DNA of 64,000 bases from an uncultured bacterium (GCA_963726455.1 CAVSCK010000004.1:1376001-1440000); one strand, 5' to 3'; numbered from the stretch's first letter, positions 8,800 to 19,545 are shown. The notes: a model not told the origin generated them from the letters alone. Translations and numbers: made by a program.

Positions 8800-9844
8800 T
8801 ATACTCCTCCGCCATCTCGATCATGCGGTCGTCAACTTTCTTGAGGCAATATACGGCCTCCGTCAGTTCAACACCAATGATTTCGTTGCCGCGCAACGCC
8901 ACCATTTGGCCAAATTTGTCCTGCGCAATCAGATCGACCGCCGCCGAGCCATACCGCGTTGCCAGGACGCGATCAAACGCGGTCGGCGAACCACCACGCT
9001 GGATGTGGCCGAGAATAACAGCCCGCGTCTCAAATTCCGTACGCTTTTCGATTTGTTCAGCCATCAAGGTTGCTATTCCGCCAAGACGGACATGACCGAA
9101 CTGGTCTACCTTCATGTCCTGCACGATCAGCGTGCCGTCATCGTTTACTCCCTCGTCAAAGGAGACTTTCGCTCCCTCGGAAACGACGATGATAGAGAAG
9201 TCCTTACCACGACCGTGGCGATGGCGAATCAAGTCGCAAACTCTCTCAATGGTTACCGGCCGCTCGGGAATCAAAATGACATCGCCACCTCCAGCCAAGC
9301 CTGCATAGAGAGCAATCCAGCCCGTGTGGCGTCCCATCACCTCGCAGATCAATACCCGGTTATGGGATTCGGCGGTGGTGTGCAGCCGGTCAATCGCTTC
9401 CATCGCAGTATTGACTGCCGTATCGAATCCGAAAGTCTGGTCAGTGCCGGACAAATCGTTATCTATGGTTTTGGGAACGCCGACGACCTTGACACCCTGA
9501 TCTGCAAGTTTCTTGGCAACGCCGAGCGTGTCCTCGCCGCCAATAGCTACCAGGCAATCGATATGAAGCTTCCTCAGATTCTTGGCCAGTTGTTCGGCGC
9601 TCGTGCCGTTGCGCAGCGGATTCGTTCGCGAGGTTTTGAGTATGGTGCCTCCGCGATGCATGATGCCGGAGACATCATTGATCCCGAGAACTTGTATCTT
9701 GGGTTCCGCCAGCAGGCCTTTCCAGCCCTCGCGGATACCAATGATCTCCCAATGATGTTTATTTATGCCTTTGCGGACGACTGCGCGAATTACAGCATTC
9801 AATCCGGGGCAGTCACCACCGCCTGTCAGCACTCCAACTCTCAA
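8792..9844 (-). CDS. pfkA: 6-phosphofructokinase
   Basis: LTGGGDCPGLN, PKTIDND, GFDTA, EVMGR and LGHIQRGG motifs; GGAGGT SD before a TTG start. Confidence 0.96.
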   Translation of the reverse strand: MRVGVLTGGGDCPGLNAVIRAVVRKGINKHHWEIIGIREGWKGLLAEPKIQVLGINDVSGIMHRGGTILKTSRTNPLRNGTSAEQLAKNLRKLHIDCLVAIGGEDTLGVAKKLADQGVKVVGVPKTIDNDLSGTDQTFGFDTAVNTAMEAIDRLHTTAESHNRVLICEVMGRHTGWIALYAGLAGGGDVILIPERPVTIERVCDLIRHRHGRGKDFSIIVVSEGAKVSFDEGVNDDGTLIVQDMKVDQFGHVRLGGIATLMAEQIEKRTEFETRAVILGHIQRGGSPTAFDRVLATRYGSAAVDLIAQDKFGQMVALRGNEIIGVELTEAVYCLKKVDDRMIEMAEEYIG

Positions 9845-9895
9845 ATGTCACCTCCAAATGGTTGCATAAAGCTATATCGGCAGCCGAGTTGAACT

Positions 9896-11734
9896 TCAAT
9901 ACAACTCATTCAGCATCAACTTCACTTTAATGACCTGGTTCTCTCGTTGAACCTCAATTTCTACAATGTTGCCGCGCCTTCCGTTCAGGAGATGATCGAT
10001 CTGTTCAAGCAACATATTTTTCGCGTCGTAGCCGTCAACAGACACAATTACGTCGCCGGGCAAGAGAAAACCATCCGCGGAACGTCCGGGAAGCACCCTC
10101 GACACGACAATATCATTTAGCACGCGGCTGAATTCCAAGCCGGCCATATTCCCCGGCCGTTCGCTTCCTGCGGGCGCGGCAATCTTCCTGAAATACGCAG
10201 CTTCCCGCCCGTAATCGAAAGTGACGGCAAATCGTTTCAGAACCGCCGCCCCGATATTTCCGGCGGTGTTCGGACCGGCAAAGATCCCTTCGGCAGAAGA
10301 TGAGTAACTTACGAAGAGACTATCGATTCTGTTTCCGCACAACTGCAACGACGGCAGGACGCCCAGCTTTCCTGCTGCTCCACCGCCGATGCCGACGCTG
10401 GTCACGGGCGTGTAGTTCGCTGAGTCACCGCTGACAAGTTTGTGCGCCTGAACAAAAGGTGAATTGAAGTCGATCGTTGACCCGGAACCGGTGTCGAGGC
10501 GAAAGCGGCCACTGATAGAATCATTTATGACGGCATCGACATAAGGCACGCGAAAGTCAATCGTCGCGGGACACCTGTCACCCCAATAATCGCGCGGTGT
10601 CAGATCGCGGCGATAAAGTGTCAAGGTGTGCGATTCATAGTCCACCCGAGACACGTAACGGCTTAACAAGTCGTAGCCGACAACGCCGTCTATCTTCTTG
10701 GTGCCGGCAGCTTCGATCGAGCCGAAATCCACGGCGAAGCCCGATAGATTCGAAATTTGTAAGTCGCCGATTGTGAGTGAATCAATCCGGAATACCTCGG
10801 CGGAGTCTGCCCCTCCAACTCCTCTGGCTTCGGTCGCGCCAAGGCGCTCCAGCCCGAGAGAGGAAATCAATCGTTTGTTGAGGCCGGTGCCACCAGCGCC
10901 GGTGTCGAAGATGAATTCAAATGGTCCCTTGCCGTTGATGAGCACCTTCACGTAAGCATGATTGCGGAACAACTCAAAGGGCACGGAAACAGAGTCAACA
11001 CCCTTGGGCAAACCACTTTCATCAACCGAAGCGGTTTGTCGCACAAATAGAGTATCTGATAGTGGAATGTTAAGCTTCACATCTTTCACAATGCTAACGG
11101 CCGAAATGAAACCCGCGTCGGACATTTCCCGGTTGCGGAATGGTATCAGTATGCCAGCGACAGGGCGATAGTCACTCATGCGCGTGAAAACCTCTCCCAT
11201 TTCGGTGGTCATGGCGACCTGTCTAGGGAGAAAGCTGGCCTGATCGACAAACAGCCGCGCGGGTGCGCCGCCTTTGGGCTCGATCTTTATTACGTAACAT
11301 TCAAAGCTGTCAATTTTCTGTGTGCCGTCGAGCAACGAGAGGACACCATTGAAAGTGGCTGAATCGGTGTAGTCCCATTTGTCAATTACCGACTGTGTCA
11401 CCAGCATTCGTTTGAGGTCGGCCCCTAAGGAATGCACCAAACCCTGATTGTCCTTCATCCAGCAATCATCGCCGCTGCAACCCTGGCTGTAACCCATCAT
11501 CGGCAGGGACAAATCGACGCGGTATTTGTCGGGAGCTTGAAAGTAGGTGGCGGCATTTCCTTTCATTCCGCCGACTTCAATATCGGCCGTAACGGCGTAA
11601 GACGTGATGCCACGCAGCTTGGCCAAACCGCCCAAAGCGTCGGCTTCTTTCTTGAGAACTTCCTGTAACGTGAGACCTGCGAGCGAAGAGCAAGAAAAGG
11701 CAATCAGAAATAGCAGCTGAAACATTCTTGTCAT
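9896..11734 (-). CDS. Exported aspartyl protease: LolA-like N-domain, two retropepsin-like domains, PDZ
   Basis: Signal peptide; two catalytic-type motifs FIFDTGA and FRLDTGS with GVVG/GNIG partners; C-terminal PDZ-like segment (GLEF...GDVIVSVDG). Confidence 0.75.
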   Translation of the reverse strand: MTRMFQLLFLIAFSCSSLAGLTLQEVLKKEADALGGLAKLRGITSYAVTADIEVGGMKGNAATYFQAPDKYRVDLSLPMMGYSQGCSGDDCWMKDNQGLVHSLGADLKRMLVTQSVIDKWDYTDSATFNGVLSLLDGTQKIDSFECYVIKIEPKGGAPARLFVDQASFLPRQVAMTTEMGEVFTRMSDYRPVAGILIPFRNREMSDAGFISAVSIVKDVKLNIPLSDTLFVRQTASVDESGLPKGVDSVSVPFELFRNHAYVKVLINGKGPFEFIFDTGAGGTGLNKRLISSLGLERLGATEARGVGGADSAEVFRIDSLTIGDLQISNLSGFAVDFGSIEAAGTKKIDGVVGYDLLSRYVSRVDYESHTLTLYRRDLTPRDYWGDRCPATIDFRVPYVDAVINDSISGRFRLDTGSGSTIDFNSPFVQAHKLVSGDSANYTPVTSVGIGGGAAGKLGVLPSLQLCGNRIDSLFVSYSSSAEGIFAGPNTAGNIGAAVLKRFAVTFDYGREAAYFRKIAAPAGSERPGNMAGLEFSRVLNDIVVSRVLPGRSADGFLLPGDVIVSVDGYDAKNMLLEQIDHLLNGRRGNIVEIEVQRENQVIKVKLMLNELY

Positions 11735-11839
11735 GACATCCCTATCTGTAAATTGATCCTGGCGACACTCTGTCAATTTGTACGAAGCAGCGGCACCTGT
11801 GATTCACGTTATCTTGGCGGGCTCGACAACAATCAACCG

Positions 11840-12568
11840 TTATACTGCTCTCGAACGCAGACGCCCACGAAATCGGGACAATTCTTCAGGCACATTGGTA
11901 ATGATCCCCGACACCCCAAAACTCGCCAGTTTCTCTGCCGTCACAATGTCGTCCACCGTCCACACGGCAACATCAAAACCGTTCTCCAATAACTTGGCGA
12001 CCAGGCGTGGTTTGGCAATTCGGGCGGACAGATGCGCGGCAACGCAGTCGAGCTTGGTCAGCCGCTTGACGATGTAAGATGCAATACTGAGTTTGATTTT
12101 GAGGTTTCTGACCGGCCCCAGTATCAGCGCCGTTTTCGCCGACGGGTGCAATGACTTGACTCGGGAGAGTATGCGCGCATCGAATGATGAAAAGATAATG
12201 TTGGCTTTTCGGGCATGGCGCGAAACCAGCCGCAGTATGTCGCCCTCGATGCCTGTTGATTTGATATCGAGGACTATCTGTGCTTTGCCGGCAAATTCAG
12301 CCAGAAAGTCATCAAACCGCAGAATCCGTTCTTGCTCTGCCATTCGGAGACCTTCTAGTTGCCCGGAACTCGTTCTCTGGAAATAGCCGGTGCCATCGGT
12401 GAGCCGGCTTAAATGGTGGTCGTGAAAGCAATAGATAACGCCGTTGCTGGAGCAGCGGAGGTCGACCTCAAGAGAATCGGCCCCGTGCGCCACTGCATTT
12501 CGAAAGGCACTTAAGCTGTTTTCGGGGAAGGCCCGTGACGAACCCCGATGAGCGATGATGCGCACCAT
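11840..12568 (-). CDS. Glycerophosphodiester phosphodiesterase family protein
   Basis: IAHRG, PENSLSAF, EVDL, HD, WTVD and GIITN motifs. Confidence 0.9.
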   Translation of the reverse strand: MVRIIAHRGSSRAFPENSLSAFRNAVAHGADSLEVDLRCSSNGVIYCFHDHHLSRLTDGTGYFQRTSSGQLEGLRMAEQERILRFDDFLAEFAGKAQIVLDIKSTGIEGDILRLVSRHARKANIIFSSFDARILSRVKSLHPSAKTALILGPVRNLKIKLSIASYIVKRLTKLDCVAAHLSARIAKPRLVAKLLENGFDVAVWTVDDIVTAEKLASFGVSGIITNVPEELSRFRGRLRSRAV

Positions 12569-12576
12569 TTCCCGCG

Positions 12577-12605
12577 ATGATAGCAGATAAATATTGATAA
12601 TTCAA
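12577..12605 (-). promoter_or_regulatory. Putative sigma70 promoter, leaderless
   Basis: TTGAAT-17-TATCAT with an extended TG; ATG 8 nt after the -10 box. Confidence 0.55.
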
Positions 12606-12675
12606 CAAGAGACTTATATTTTGTGCCCAGCTAACCTGTTGTCGGAATTGGTAATTTGGGAGTTAGGCGACCGAG

Positions 12676-13413
12676 ATGAAGGGAGTTGTGCTCGCAGGCG
12701 GACTTGGCACGCGTCTGTATCCTTTGACGAAAGTCACCAACAAGCATCTGCTTCCCATTTATGACCAGCCGATGATCTACTATCCCATCCGCACACTCGT
12801 CCGCGCTGGAATTACGGATATTATGATCGTCACCGGCGGAAATCACGCCGGCGAATTTCTGCGCCTGCTCGGCAATGGCAAGGAGTTTGGCCTAAATCGA
12901 CTGCACTTCGCTTATCAAGAGGGCGAGGAGGGCATCGCCAAAGCGCTGTCATTAGCGAGAGCATTTGTCGACGACGACCAGGTGTGCACGATTCTGGGCG
13001 ATAATATTCTTGAGGACGACATCGCCCCACAGGTCAAGACGTTCGCGGAGAGCGGCATGGGCGCCCGCCTTTTTCTCAAGCAAATAGACGACCCTCAGCG
13101 ATTCGGTGTCGCCGTATTCGATGAAGAACGCCGTCTGATTGGTGTCGAAGAGAAACCAGCTAAGCCGAAATCCAATTACGCGGTAATTGGCGTATATCTT
13201 TACAACGCCAGTGTGTTCGAGATAATCGACACGCTGACGCCGTCACAACGCAAAGAATATGAAATCACTGACGTGTCAAATCATTACATCCGCCAGGGAT
13301 TAGCCGATTATCATATTATATCCGGGTGGTGGAGCGATGCCGGAACTTTCGAATCGCTATATCGCGCCGGAACTCTCGTAAGAGAAGAGACGCTTAATTC
13401 AGCGAAGGGATGA
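12676..13413 (+). CDS. rmlA: Glucose-1-phosphate thymidylyltransferase (short RmlA/SpsI type)
   Basis: LAGGLGTRLYPLT, KHLLPIYD, EEKP and DAGT motifs; first gene of the rml cluster. Confidence 0.88.
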   Translation: MKGVVLAGGLGTRLYPLTKVTNKHLLPIYDQPMIYYPIRTLVRAGITDIMIVTGGNHAGEFLRLLGNGKEFGLNRLHFAYQEGEEGIAKALSLARAFVDDDQVCTILGDNILEDDIAPQVKTFAESGMGARLFLKQIDDPQRFGVAVFDEERRLIGVEEKPAKPKSNYAVIGVYLYNASVFEIIDTLTPSQRKEYEITDVSNHYIRQGLADYHIISGWWSDAGTFESLYRAGTLVREETLNSAKG

Positions 13414-13417
13414 GGAC

Positions 13418-13873
13418 GTGATTTCAGGAGTAAAAGTTAAGGAACTGAAACTGCACTGTGATGAACGGGGCAGACTATTTGAGATTTTGCGCTCTGACGA
13501 GAGCCAGTTCGCCGGCTTTGGACAGGCCTATATAACCACGTGCTTTCCGGGTGTCGTCAAGGCGTGGCATCTGCACAAACTGCAGATTGACAATCTTTGC
13601 GTCATCAGGGGATCGGGCAAGCTTGTACTCTATGACTCGCGAGATGGCTCGCCTACCAAGGGAGAAATCAACGAGCTCTTTCCCTGCGATGAAAGGCGAC
13701 TCCTGATCCAGATTCCGCCCGGCATTTATCATGGTTTCAAGAACATCGGAACCGACGAACTGATGATTCTCAATATTCCGTCACAGCCATACAACTACGA
13801 AAAGCCGGACGAGTATCGCCTCGACCCACACGGCTCGGACATTCCCTACGATTGGTCCCGCAAGGATGGCTAA
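13418..13873 (+). CDS. rmlC: dTDP-4-dehydrorhamnose 3,5-epimerase family
   Basis: DERG, KAWHLH and IPPGIYHGF cupin motifs. Confidence 0.85.
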   Translation: MISGVKVKELKLHCDERGRLFEILRSDESQFAGFGQAYITTCFPGVVKAWHLHKLQIDNLCVIRGSGKLVLYDSRDGSPTKGEINELFPCDERRLLIQIPPGIYHGFKNIGTDELMILNIPSQPYNYEKPDEYRLDPHGSDIPYDWSRKDG

Positions 13874-14873
13874 GCAGTTCCTGATCTGTGGCGGCTGCGG
13901 ATTCATCGGCTCAAATTTCACCAGACATCTTCGCACAACCTATCCCGATGCAATCATTGCCGTCGTAGATGCGCTCACTTACGCGGGCTCGCTGGACAAC
14001 CTGGGCGAACTGTACCGCTCTAAGTCCGTCAGTGTTACGGAATTGGATATTTGCGACATTGGCATGTTGTCGGAGATCAAGAATGTCCACTTCGATCTGG
14101 TCGTCAATTTCGCCGCCGAGACACATGTCGATCGTTCGCTGTACTACACGGCGAAATTTGTGAAGACGAATGTTCTTGGCACCGATGCCGTCCTGTCGTT
14201 CTGCCGCGATACCGAGAGTCCCCTGCTGCAAATTTCGACGGATGAAGTCTATGGTCCTGCCGGAGACGGAGAGTCATTCTCGGAATCATCTCCGCTCAAT
14301 CCAACCAGTCCCTATGCGGCGAGCAAGGCGGCTGCGGATTTGATGGTGCTGTCAGCAATCAAGACTTTCGGACAAAGTGCGTGTATCGTGCGAACGACCA
14401 ACAACTACGGCCCAAGGCAGTTTCCCGAGAAACTGATACCCTACTTTATTCATCTTGCGCGTTGTGGCAAGCCGCTGCCGGTTTATGGCGACGGAAAGCA
14501 GCGACGGTCGTGGCTATATGTCGACGACTTCTGTAGTGCTCTCCTGAAGCTGATCAGCGCTTTTCCAGCCGGTGAGATTATCAACATTGGCGCGTCGGGA
14601 GAAAGCACGAATCTGGACTTGGTGCAGCAATTGGTTGCATTGCTTGGAAGCGACACCAGGATCGAACATGTCACTGACCGCCCGGCACACGATCGCCGCT
14701 ATAGTCTTAACTCCAGCAAGTATGTGCAACGTTTTGGAGCGATACCGGAGCGCGAACTAGCCGCCGGATTGCGGCAAACCGTAGATTGGTATCTCGAGAG
14801 CGAGCAGATATTCAGTCGCCTTCGGGCTTCTGACGTAACAACCTTCCACGACAAACACTACCGGCAGAGATAA
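13866..14873 (+). CDS. rmlB: dTDP-glucose 4,6-dehydratase
   Basis: GGCGFIG, AAETHVDRS, STDEVYG, YAASK and NNYGPRQFPEKLIP motifs. Confidence 0.93.
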   Translation: MAKQFLICGGCGFIGSNFTRHLRTTYPDAIIAVVDALTYAGSLDNLGELYRSKSVSVTELDICDIGMLSEIKNVHFDLVVNFAAETHVDRSLYYTAKFVKTNVLGTDAVLSFCRDTESPLLQISTDEVYGPAGDGESFSESSPLNPTSPYAASKAAADLMVLSAIKTFGQSACIVRTTNNYGPRQFPEKLIPYFIHLARCGKPLPVYGDGKQRRSWLYVDDFCSALLKLISAFPAGEIINIGASGESTNLDLVQQLVALLGSDTRIEHVTDRPAHDRRYSLNSSKYVQRFGAIPERELAAGLRQTVDWYLESEQIFSRLRASDVTTFHDKHYRQR

Positions 14874-15739
14874 TGGCATCGCGAGTTCTTGTCACCGGCG
14901 CGGCTGGATTGCTCGGCTCAACACTTCTGAAACTAATGCCTCGGGGCGTTACCGTTGACGCCACGTTTCTCAGCAGACCGCTGTCGATTCACACTGGAGG
15001 CGAATCTTTTCAGATCGACCTGAGCGATGCCGAGGCGACGATGGCGCTACTCAAGAATAATCGTTACGATTTGGTGATCAACTGCGCGGGAGCTTCAGAT
15101 GTGGATCGTTGCGAGGTCGACCACTATTTCGCAATGCGGAATAACATTCTGGTATCGGCCAATATCGCCGCCAGCGCCTGGGAGTCAGGATTCCGGCTGA
15201 TCCATGTGTCTTCCGATTATGTTTTTGACGGTGAGCACGGCCCCCACCTCGAAAATGAATCTGCCAATCCAATCAATTTCTATGGGCTATCCAAATTGCG
15301 GGCGGAAGAAGCCGTCGCAGCATCAAGGGCAAACGCTTGCGTAGTCCGGGTCTGTGCACTCTACTCCGTCGAAAATGCAGCGCCACGGAATCTGCTTCGT
15401 GGCATCACTGAAAGGTTATCAAGCAGAAATACGTACCATGCCGCGGATGATCTTTTCAACAACCCGACTGAAGTCTCCGACCTCGCGGCAGCAATTTGGA
15501 AGCTGGCCCAAGTTGACGATCTCCCCAGGGTACTTCACCTTGCCGGACCCGATCATTTGTCACGGTACGATTTCGCCGTGCGCGTGGCGGATAAATGGGG
15601 ATACGACAAAAGTCTGGTCGAACGAATCAAGATCGCGAGTTTGAACCTTCCCGCAAAACGACCGCTTCAGGCGGGGCTCAAATCTGAGCACGCAGCAAGG
15701 ATCATTGATTATAGGATGAGATCGCTCTCCGAATTCTGA
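14873..15739 (+). CDS. rmlD: dTDP-4-dehydrorhamnose reductase
   Basis: TGAAGLLG, SSDYVFDG, YGLSK and AKRP motifs. Confidence 0.88.
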   Translation: MASRVLVTGAAGLLGSTLLKLMPRGVTVDATFLSRPLSIHTGGESFQIDLSDAEATMALLKNNRYDLVINCAGASDVDRCEVDHYFAMRNNILVSANIAASAWESGFRLIHVSSDYVFDGEHGPHLENESANPINFYGLSKLRAEEAVAASRANACVVRVCALYSVENAAPRNLLRGITERLSSRNTYHAADDLFNNPTEVSDLAAAIWKLAQVDDLPRVLHLAGPDHLSRYDFAVRVADKWGYDKSLVERIKIASLNLPAKRPLQAGLKSEHAARIIDYRMRSLSEF

Positions 15740-15788
15740 CCCGTTAATTTTCGCGGTCGAATAGTACCCGTGGAAATCAAGAAGCTAC

Positions 15789-16901
15789 TTATAAGTGAAT
15801 CGGTCCGTCACCGTCGCCGCGATTAAGATGAGTGACGCCGAGTGTCTCAGCCAGCGGTCCCAACCGGGCGGCTAATTGTGGTGATACCGCGAAAACGAAA
15901 TTGGACGGTCCCAAGAGGAATCCCAAATGTTCGAACGCGCGACACCATGTCGAATTAGACTGGTTGGTGACGATCAAGTCCGGCTTCTCCCCGGCCAACA
16001 TCGAAAGGCAGCCACTGAGCGTCATTCTTTCATAGCCGGCAAGCGACAGGCAGTCAACCACGGAAGCTACCTTCATATTGCCGAAAAACTTGTGGTTCGA
16101 CATCTGAGTCACGAGCGACACTGTCCAGCCGACAGTCCGTCCGTCTGAAGTCTCTCTTGTCTTCTTAAATCTGTTGTCGCTCTCGGGATAGAGGATATCC
16201 ATTACTTCGCCGTCGCGAATGGCCGACATGACAAAATTGCTCCGTGCATCCTGCCAGAGTCGATCGGCCCAGGATTCAAATGGTCCGATGTTTGCTGCTG
16301 CATGGGCACGCAAACCCAGCAACCGGCGCTGAAGCAACTGCCTGAATTTGATCATCGCCCAGCCAATTCCGCTCAGGGCAAGTGTGTCGAGCAGAAGCCG
16401 GCGGAAAGGCGTGCTGCGCAGGAAGCTGATTTGGCGCAGAAATTTTGCCGGTCGCAGAACTTTGAAATAGAACGGCACCAAAACCATTTCCCATCCCATC
16501 CCCTGCAATAACCTGGTGATCGGCTGCTCATAACCGCCGAGGCCAAGACAGTACAAGAGCGGCTGACGGCGGATCGCGTCGCTGAGCAGACTCAGCGCGA
16601 CATATCCAAAGCGCGTGTCGATGATTCCTTCCGAGATCGGCAACTGGTAATTGCCAATGTCAACGCGCTCGCCTCGCAATTCGAACTGCTGATGCTTGAG
16701 AATGTATCCGCCCCTGACAATGTCACCATCCATCGCCAGGAAATATTCCTGATAGATTTCCCGGTTTCCAACTTTAGGCAACCAATTCGGCGCCTCAGTC
16801 TCAGGGAACCGCATGGTGATTCCCTTGGCACTAAGGCGTTGGTTAAACTGCTTGACGGCATCGATGTGTTTGTGCTCGTATGGAACAATCGCGATGGGCA
16901 C
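15789..16901 (-). CDS. Hypothetical protein, possibly a tandem GNAT-fold acyltransferase
   Basis: 370 aa ORF, last gene of the ACP-FkbH operon. The GNAT-like assignment is inference from sequence pattern only. Confidence 0.5.
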   Translation of the reverse strand: MPIAIVPYEHKHIDAVKQFNQRLSAKGITMRFPETEAPNWLPKVGNREIYQEYFLAMDGDIVRGGYILKHQQFELRGERVDIGNYQLPISEGIIDTRFGYVALSLLSDAIRRQPLLYCLGLGGYEQPITRLLQGMGWEMVLVPFYFKVLRPAKFLRQISFLRSTPFRRLLLDTLALSGIGWAMIKFRQLLQRRLLGLRAHAAANIGPFESWADRLWQDARSNFVMSAIRDGEVMDILYPESDNRFKKTRETSDGRTVGWTVSLVTQMSNHKFFGNMKVASVVDCLSLAGYERMTLSGCLSMLAGEKPDLIVTNQSNSTWCRAFEHLGFLLGPSNFVFAVSPQLAARLGPLAETLGVTHLNRGDGDGPIHL

Positions 16902-16917
16902 GCTGATGGCCTCTTTC

Positions 16918-17850
16918 CTATGACGGTCCAGTGATCAGTTTGCTTCGGAGCCAGCGCCGTTCAAGTCGGGCGCGTTCACTTGTGGTCAAGTCGTGGGTAT
17001 TTCTTGTCTTCAACAAATAATCCAGAAGCGTTTCGACCGGAACGAACCAACCCCGTTTCGAGGCCAGACGCTCCATAAGCGAGATGAAGCGTCGATCCAA
17101 CCGCCCGTCTCTGGCGAAACCGCAGGCAAAGTGCGTGTACATTATGCAGGCGCCACCTTCGCTTTCGAGTCGATCCTGACTGGATTCGCTTATGCAATTA
17201 ATGAATGATTCCAGCTTCGCCCCTTCCGAGGAGGCAAACCAGTAGTTGACATAGGGCCGCTGCGGATCGTGGTATGGCATCGCCGGACAGCACTTCAGCG
17301 TATTGATATCTCGAAAACTGAAGTTGCGCATAAAGCGAATGCGCTCATGACAAAGGTCGCCCCAAAAGAGCGCGCTATCGGTTACGTGTCCGAAATACCG
17401 GTTATGTTGGCGATAACGTGTGAGCAGGTCGTAAGCCAGTTTATGTACGCCACTCAGCCGATTGCTTCCCCAGTAGATTGATTCATAACAGCCGGTATGA
17501 TTCGCAGCCGACCGTGGGTAGTTGCCGAACAGTTCGCGAAATTTGTCAAGCCCACTATCAGTGTCGGCTCTGGATGAGGTATGATACGTGGCGCCGTGAA
17601 ATCCAATTTCAAATCCAAGTTCTTGAAGCAAAAGTACCCACTCGAGGTATTCGGGATCCTCGCAAGTGGCGCCACCAACTCTCGGAACCGCCGATCCCTT
17701 GAGCGGCCAGACAGATTTCGTGGTGCGGAATCCCAAATCAGTTAGAAAGGAGTAGACCGGCCTGGTGTTTTCTAGCGTCGAAAGATCGGTGTCATCGAAA
17801 ACGGTAAAGGCGAAATCCTTGTTATCGGGCCAGGTCACTCGATCAGTCAT
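16918..17850 (-). CDS. Polysaccharide deacetylase-like (NodB-fold) protein
   Basis: FAFTVFDDTD, GFEIGFHG and YTHF motifs; ATGA overlap with the fkbH stop. Confidence 0.65.
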   Translation of the reverse strand: MTDRVTWPDNKDFAFTVFDDTDLSTLENTRPVYSFLTDLGFRTTKSVWPLKGSAVPRVGGATCEDPEYLEWVLLLQELGFEIGFHGATYHTSSRADTDSGLDKFRELFGNYPRSAANHTGCYESIYWGSNRLSGVHKLAYDLLTRYRQHNRYFGHVTDSALFWGDLCHERIRFMRNFSFRDINTLKCCPAMPYHDPQRPYVNYWFASSEGAKLESFINCISESSQDRLESEGGACIMYTHFACGFARDGRLDRRFISLMERLASKRGWFVPVETLLDYLLKTRNTHDLTTSERARLERRWLRSKLITGPS

Positions 17851-19538
17851 CCGGCCACAGTACCTTCCGCCTCTTGAAGCGTGATGCATTTGGACAAGGG
17901 GTAGGCGTCGGCCACAACCCACACGAAGCTGTTACCATTGCGATTTGAATATCCGGAGGACTCGAGGAAATGCAAACAGGGCGCATTCTTGGGCGTCGGC
18001 AAATACTCGGCCAACAAAGTTTTCAGCCCCATCTGGCGCGCGTGTGTCAGAAGCACATGAATCATCGCTTCCTCGATCTTGCGGCCGATGACGCGGCAAC
18101 TTAGGACGAAGTCCGTGATTCTCCCTTCAGACCCGATCCATTCCATGCCGGCGATACCGGTCAGCCCAGCGTCGCCGAAACGGTCCCCGACGCGAAAGGT
18201 CAACAGCAGATGCTTGTCCTGTCCTGCCCATGATGATAATTCCTGTTCCGTCAAGCGGCGGGTAGACAGGTTCATCTGATTTGTCTTATTCAGAAGCTGC
18301 GCTGTGCGAGCGAGATTTGCAGCGTTTAGTCTTTCGGCGATAACAGTGATATTCAGCGATGTGAGCCACTCATCGACAGAACTTACAGCGTCGCGGAGGG
18401 AGGTGCGCTCGCGCTCAGCCCGATACATATCAGAGCGTCCCAGATCCTCTTTGCTGATGGAAGGGAAATTGAAACACCGAAGTCCCATAAGTACACTTCG
18501 ATATAACATCTTGTCTTCCGGCAGTTCCGGCACCAGCACTTCGGAGAATGTTTCGCGAATGCGCGCGCGTTCGGCGGGATTGTCGTCCAGAAACACGACC
18601 GATTGCAATCCCAGGTTAAGCTCATCGACCAGGTCGGCGAGGTTCTGCGCTTTGTCAGCCCAGTTTATTCGCCAGCTCACGAAATCAGTTCGCCTGAGAA
18701 TCATCTCCGGATGCTTGTCGATGGCCTCCAGCGCCGTCGCTTCTTCATTCTTGCTGACAATCGCCAGCAGCACACCGCGTCGTTTGAGCAAACCAAGGCC
18801 GCGCTGAAAATCAAGGAACGCCTCGCCTATCGGATCGTGTCCACCGAGTGTGATGTGCTCCCAGCCGACATCGCCGACAATTCCGCCCCAGAGCGTATTG
18901 TCAAGGTCAACAACAATCAACTTACGCGCGTTGCCGTGAAGTCCGTTGAGGGCAGACTTAATATCCTTTGCCGCTTCCTGGAAGACTTCATTGCCGAACG
19001 GAACTTTAGCCATGTACCAGAGCTTGGGGCTGAAGGCGTATTTTCCTGCGGCCCGAATCCATCCTTCTGAATCGAGCACGTGCAGAGAAGTTGACTGCTG
19101 TTGTGCGGCAATCAGTCGCGCGTTCATCTGCAGGAGGGCGTGCCTGATGCCCTGTTCTTTCATCGCTAACAATCCTTCAATCGCCGGCGAACCAGGCAAA
19201 CTCCAAGTCGGCACGAACAGCGCCGCTACTCTGGCACTCCCTTTCCTCAGAGCGTCAATGAACTCGTCAACTTCGGAGTGAAGTGTTTCGAGAGGAACGT
19301 CGATCCCCTGCAAGAGATCATTGAATGACTTGATCACACTCTGCGGCTGGGTCCAAACAATCGCCAGATCCAGTTTGTCTGACCAACATGGAGCTGAGCC
19401 GTCCAGCAGACACGAAATCACCTGCCCAAATGGCGCCTCACTGGGTTCGATAACCGGCTCCTCGGGATCATTCGCGATTACGGCAGCAAAGTTAGCCAGA
19501 TTGAAGTCGGAAATCAGAAGTGCCCGATGGGTCTTCAT
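17847..19538 (-). CDS. FkbH/HAD-IIIC family phosphatase-acyltransferase
   Basis: KLIVVDLDNTLWGG, SKN, FLDDNPAER, KTNQMN and LSCRVIGR motifs. Confidence 0.92.
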   Translation of the reverse strand: MKTHRALLISDFNLANFAAVIANDPEEPVIEPSEAPFGQVISCLLDGSAPCWSDKLDLAIVWTQPQSVIKSFNDLLQGIDVPLETLHSEVDEFIDALRKGSARVAALFVPTWSLPGSPAIEGLLAMKEQGIRHALLQMNARLIAAQQQSTSLHVLDSEGWIRAAGKYAFSPKLWYMAKVPFGNEVFQEAAKDIKSALNGLHGNARKLIVVDLDNTLWGGIVGDVGWEHITLGGHDPIGEAFLDFQRGLGLLKRRGVLLAIVSKNEEATALEAIDKHPEMILRRTDFVSWRINWADKAQNLADLVDELNLGLQSVVFLDDNPAERARIRETFSEVLVPELPEDKMLYRSVLMGLRCFNFPSISKEDLGRSDMYRAERERTSLRDAVSSVDEWLTSLNITVIAERLNAANLARTAQLLNKTNQMNLSTRRLTEQELSSWAGQDKHLLLTFRVGDRFGDAGLTGIAGMEWIGSEGRITDFVLSCRVIGRKIEEAMIHVLLTHARQMGLKTLLAEYLPTPKNAPCLHFLESSGYSNRNGNSFVWVVADAYPLSKCITLQEAEGTVAG

Positions 19539-19545
19539 GACTAGT

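Noticed and set aside
8786-9892. 368 aa + strand ORF
   Set aside because: Antisense shadow of pfkA.
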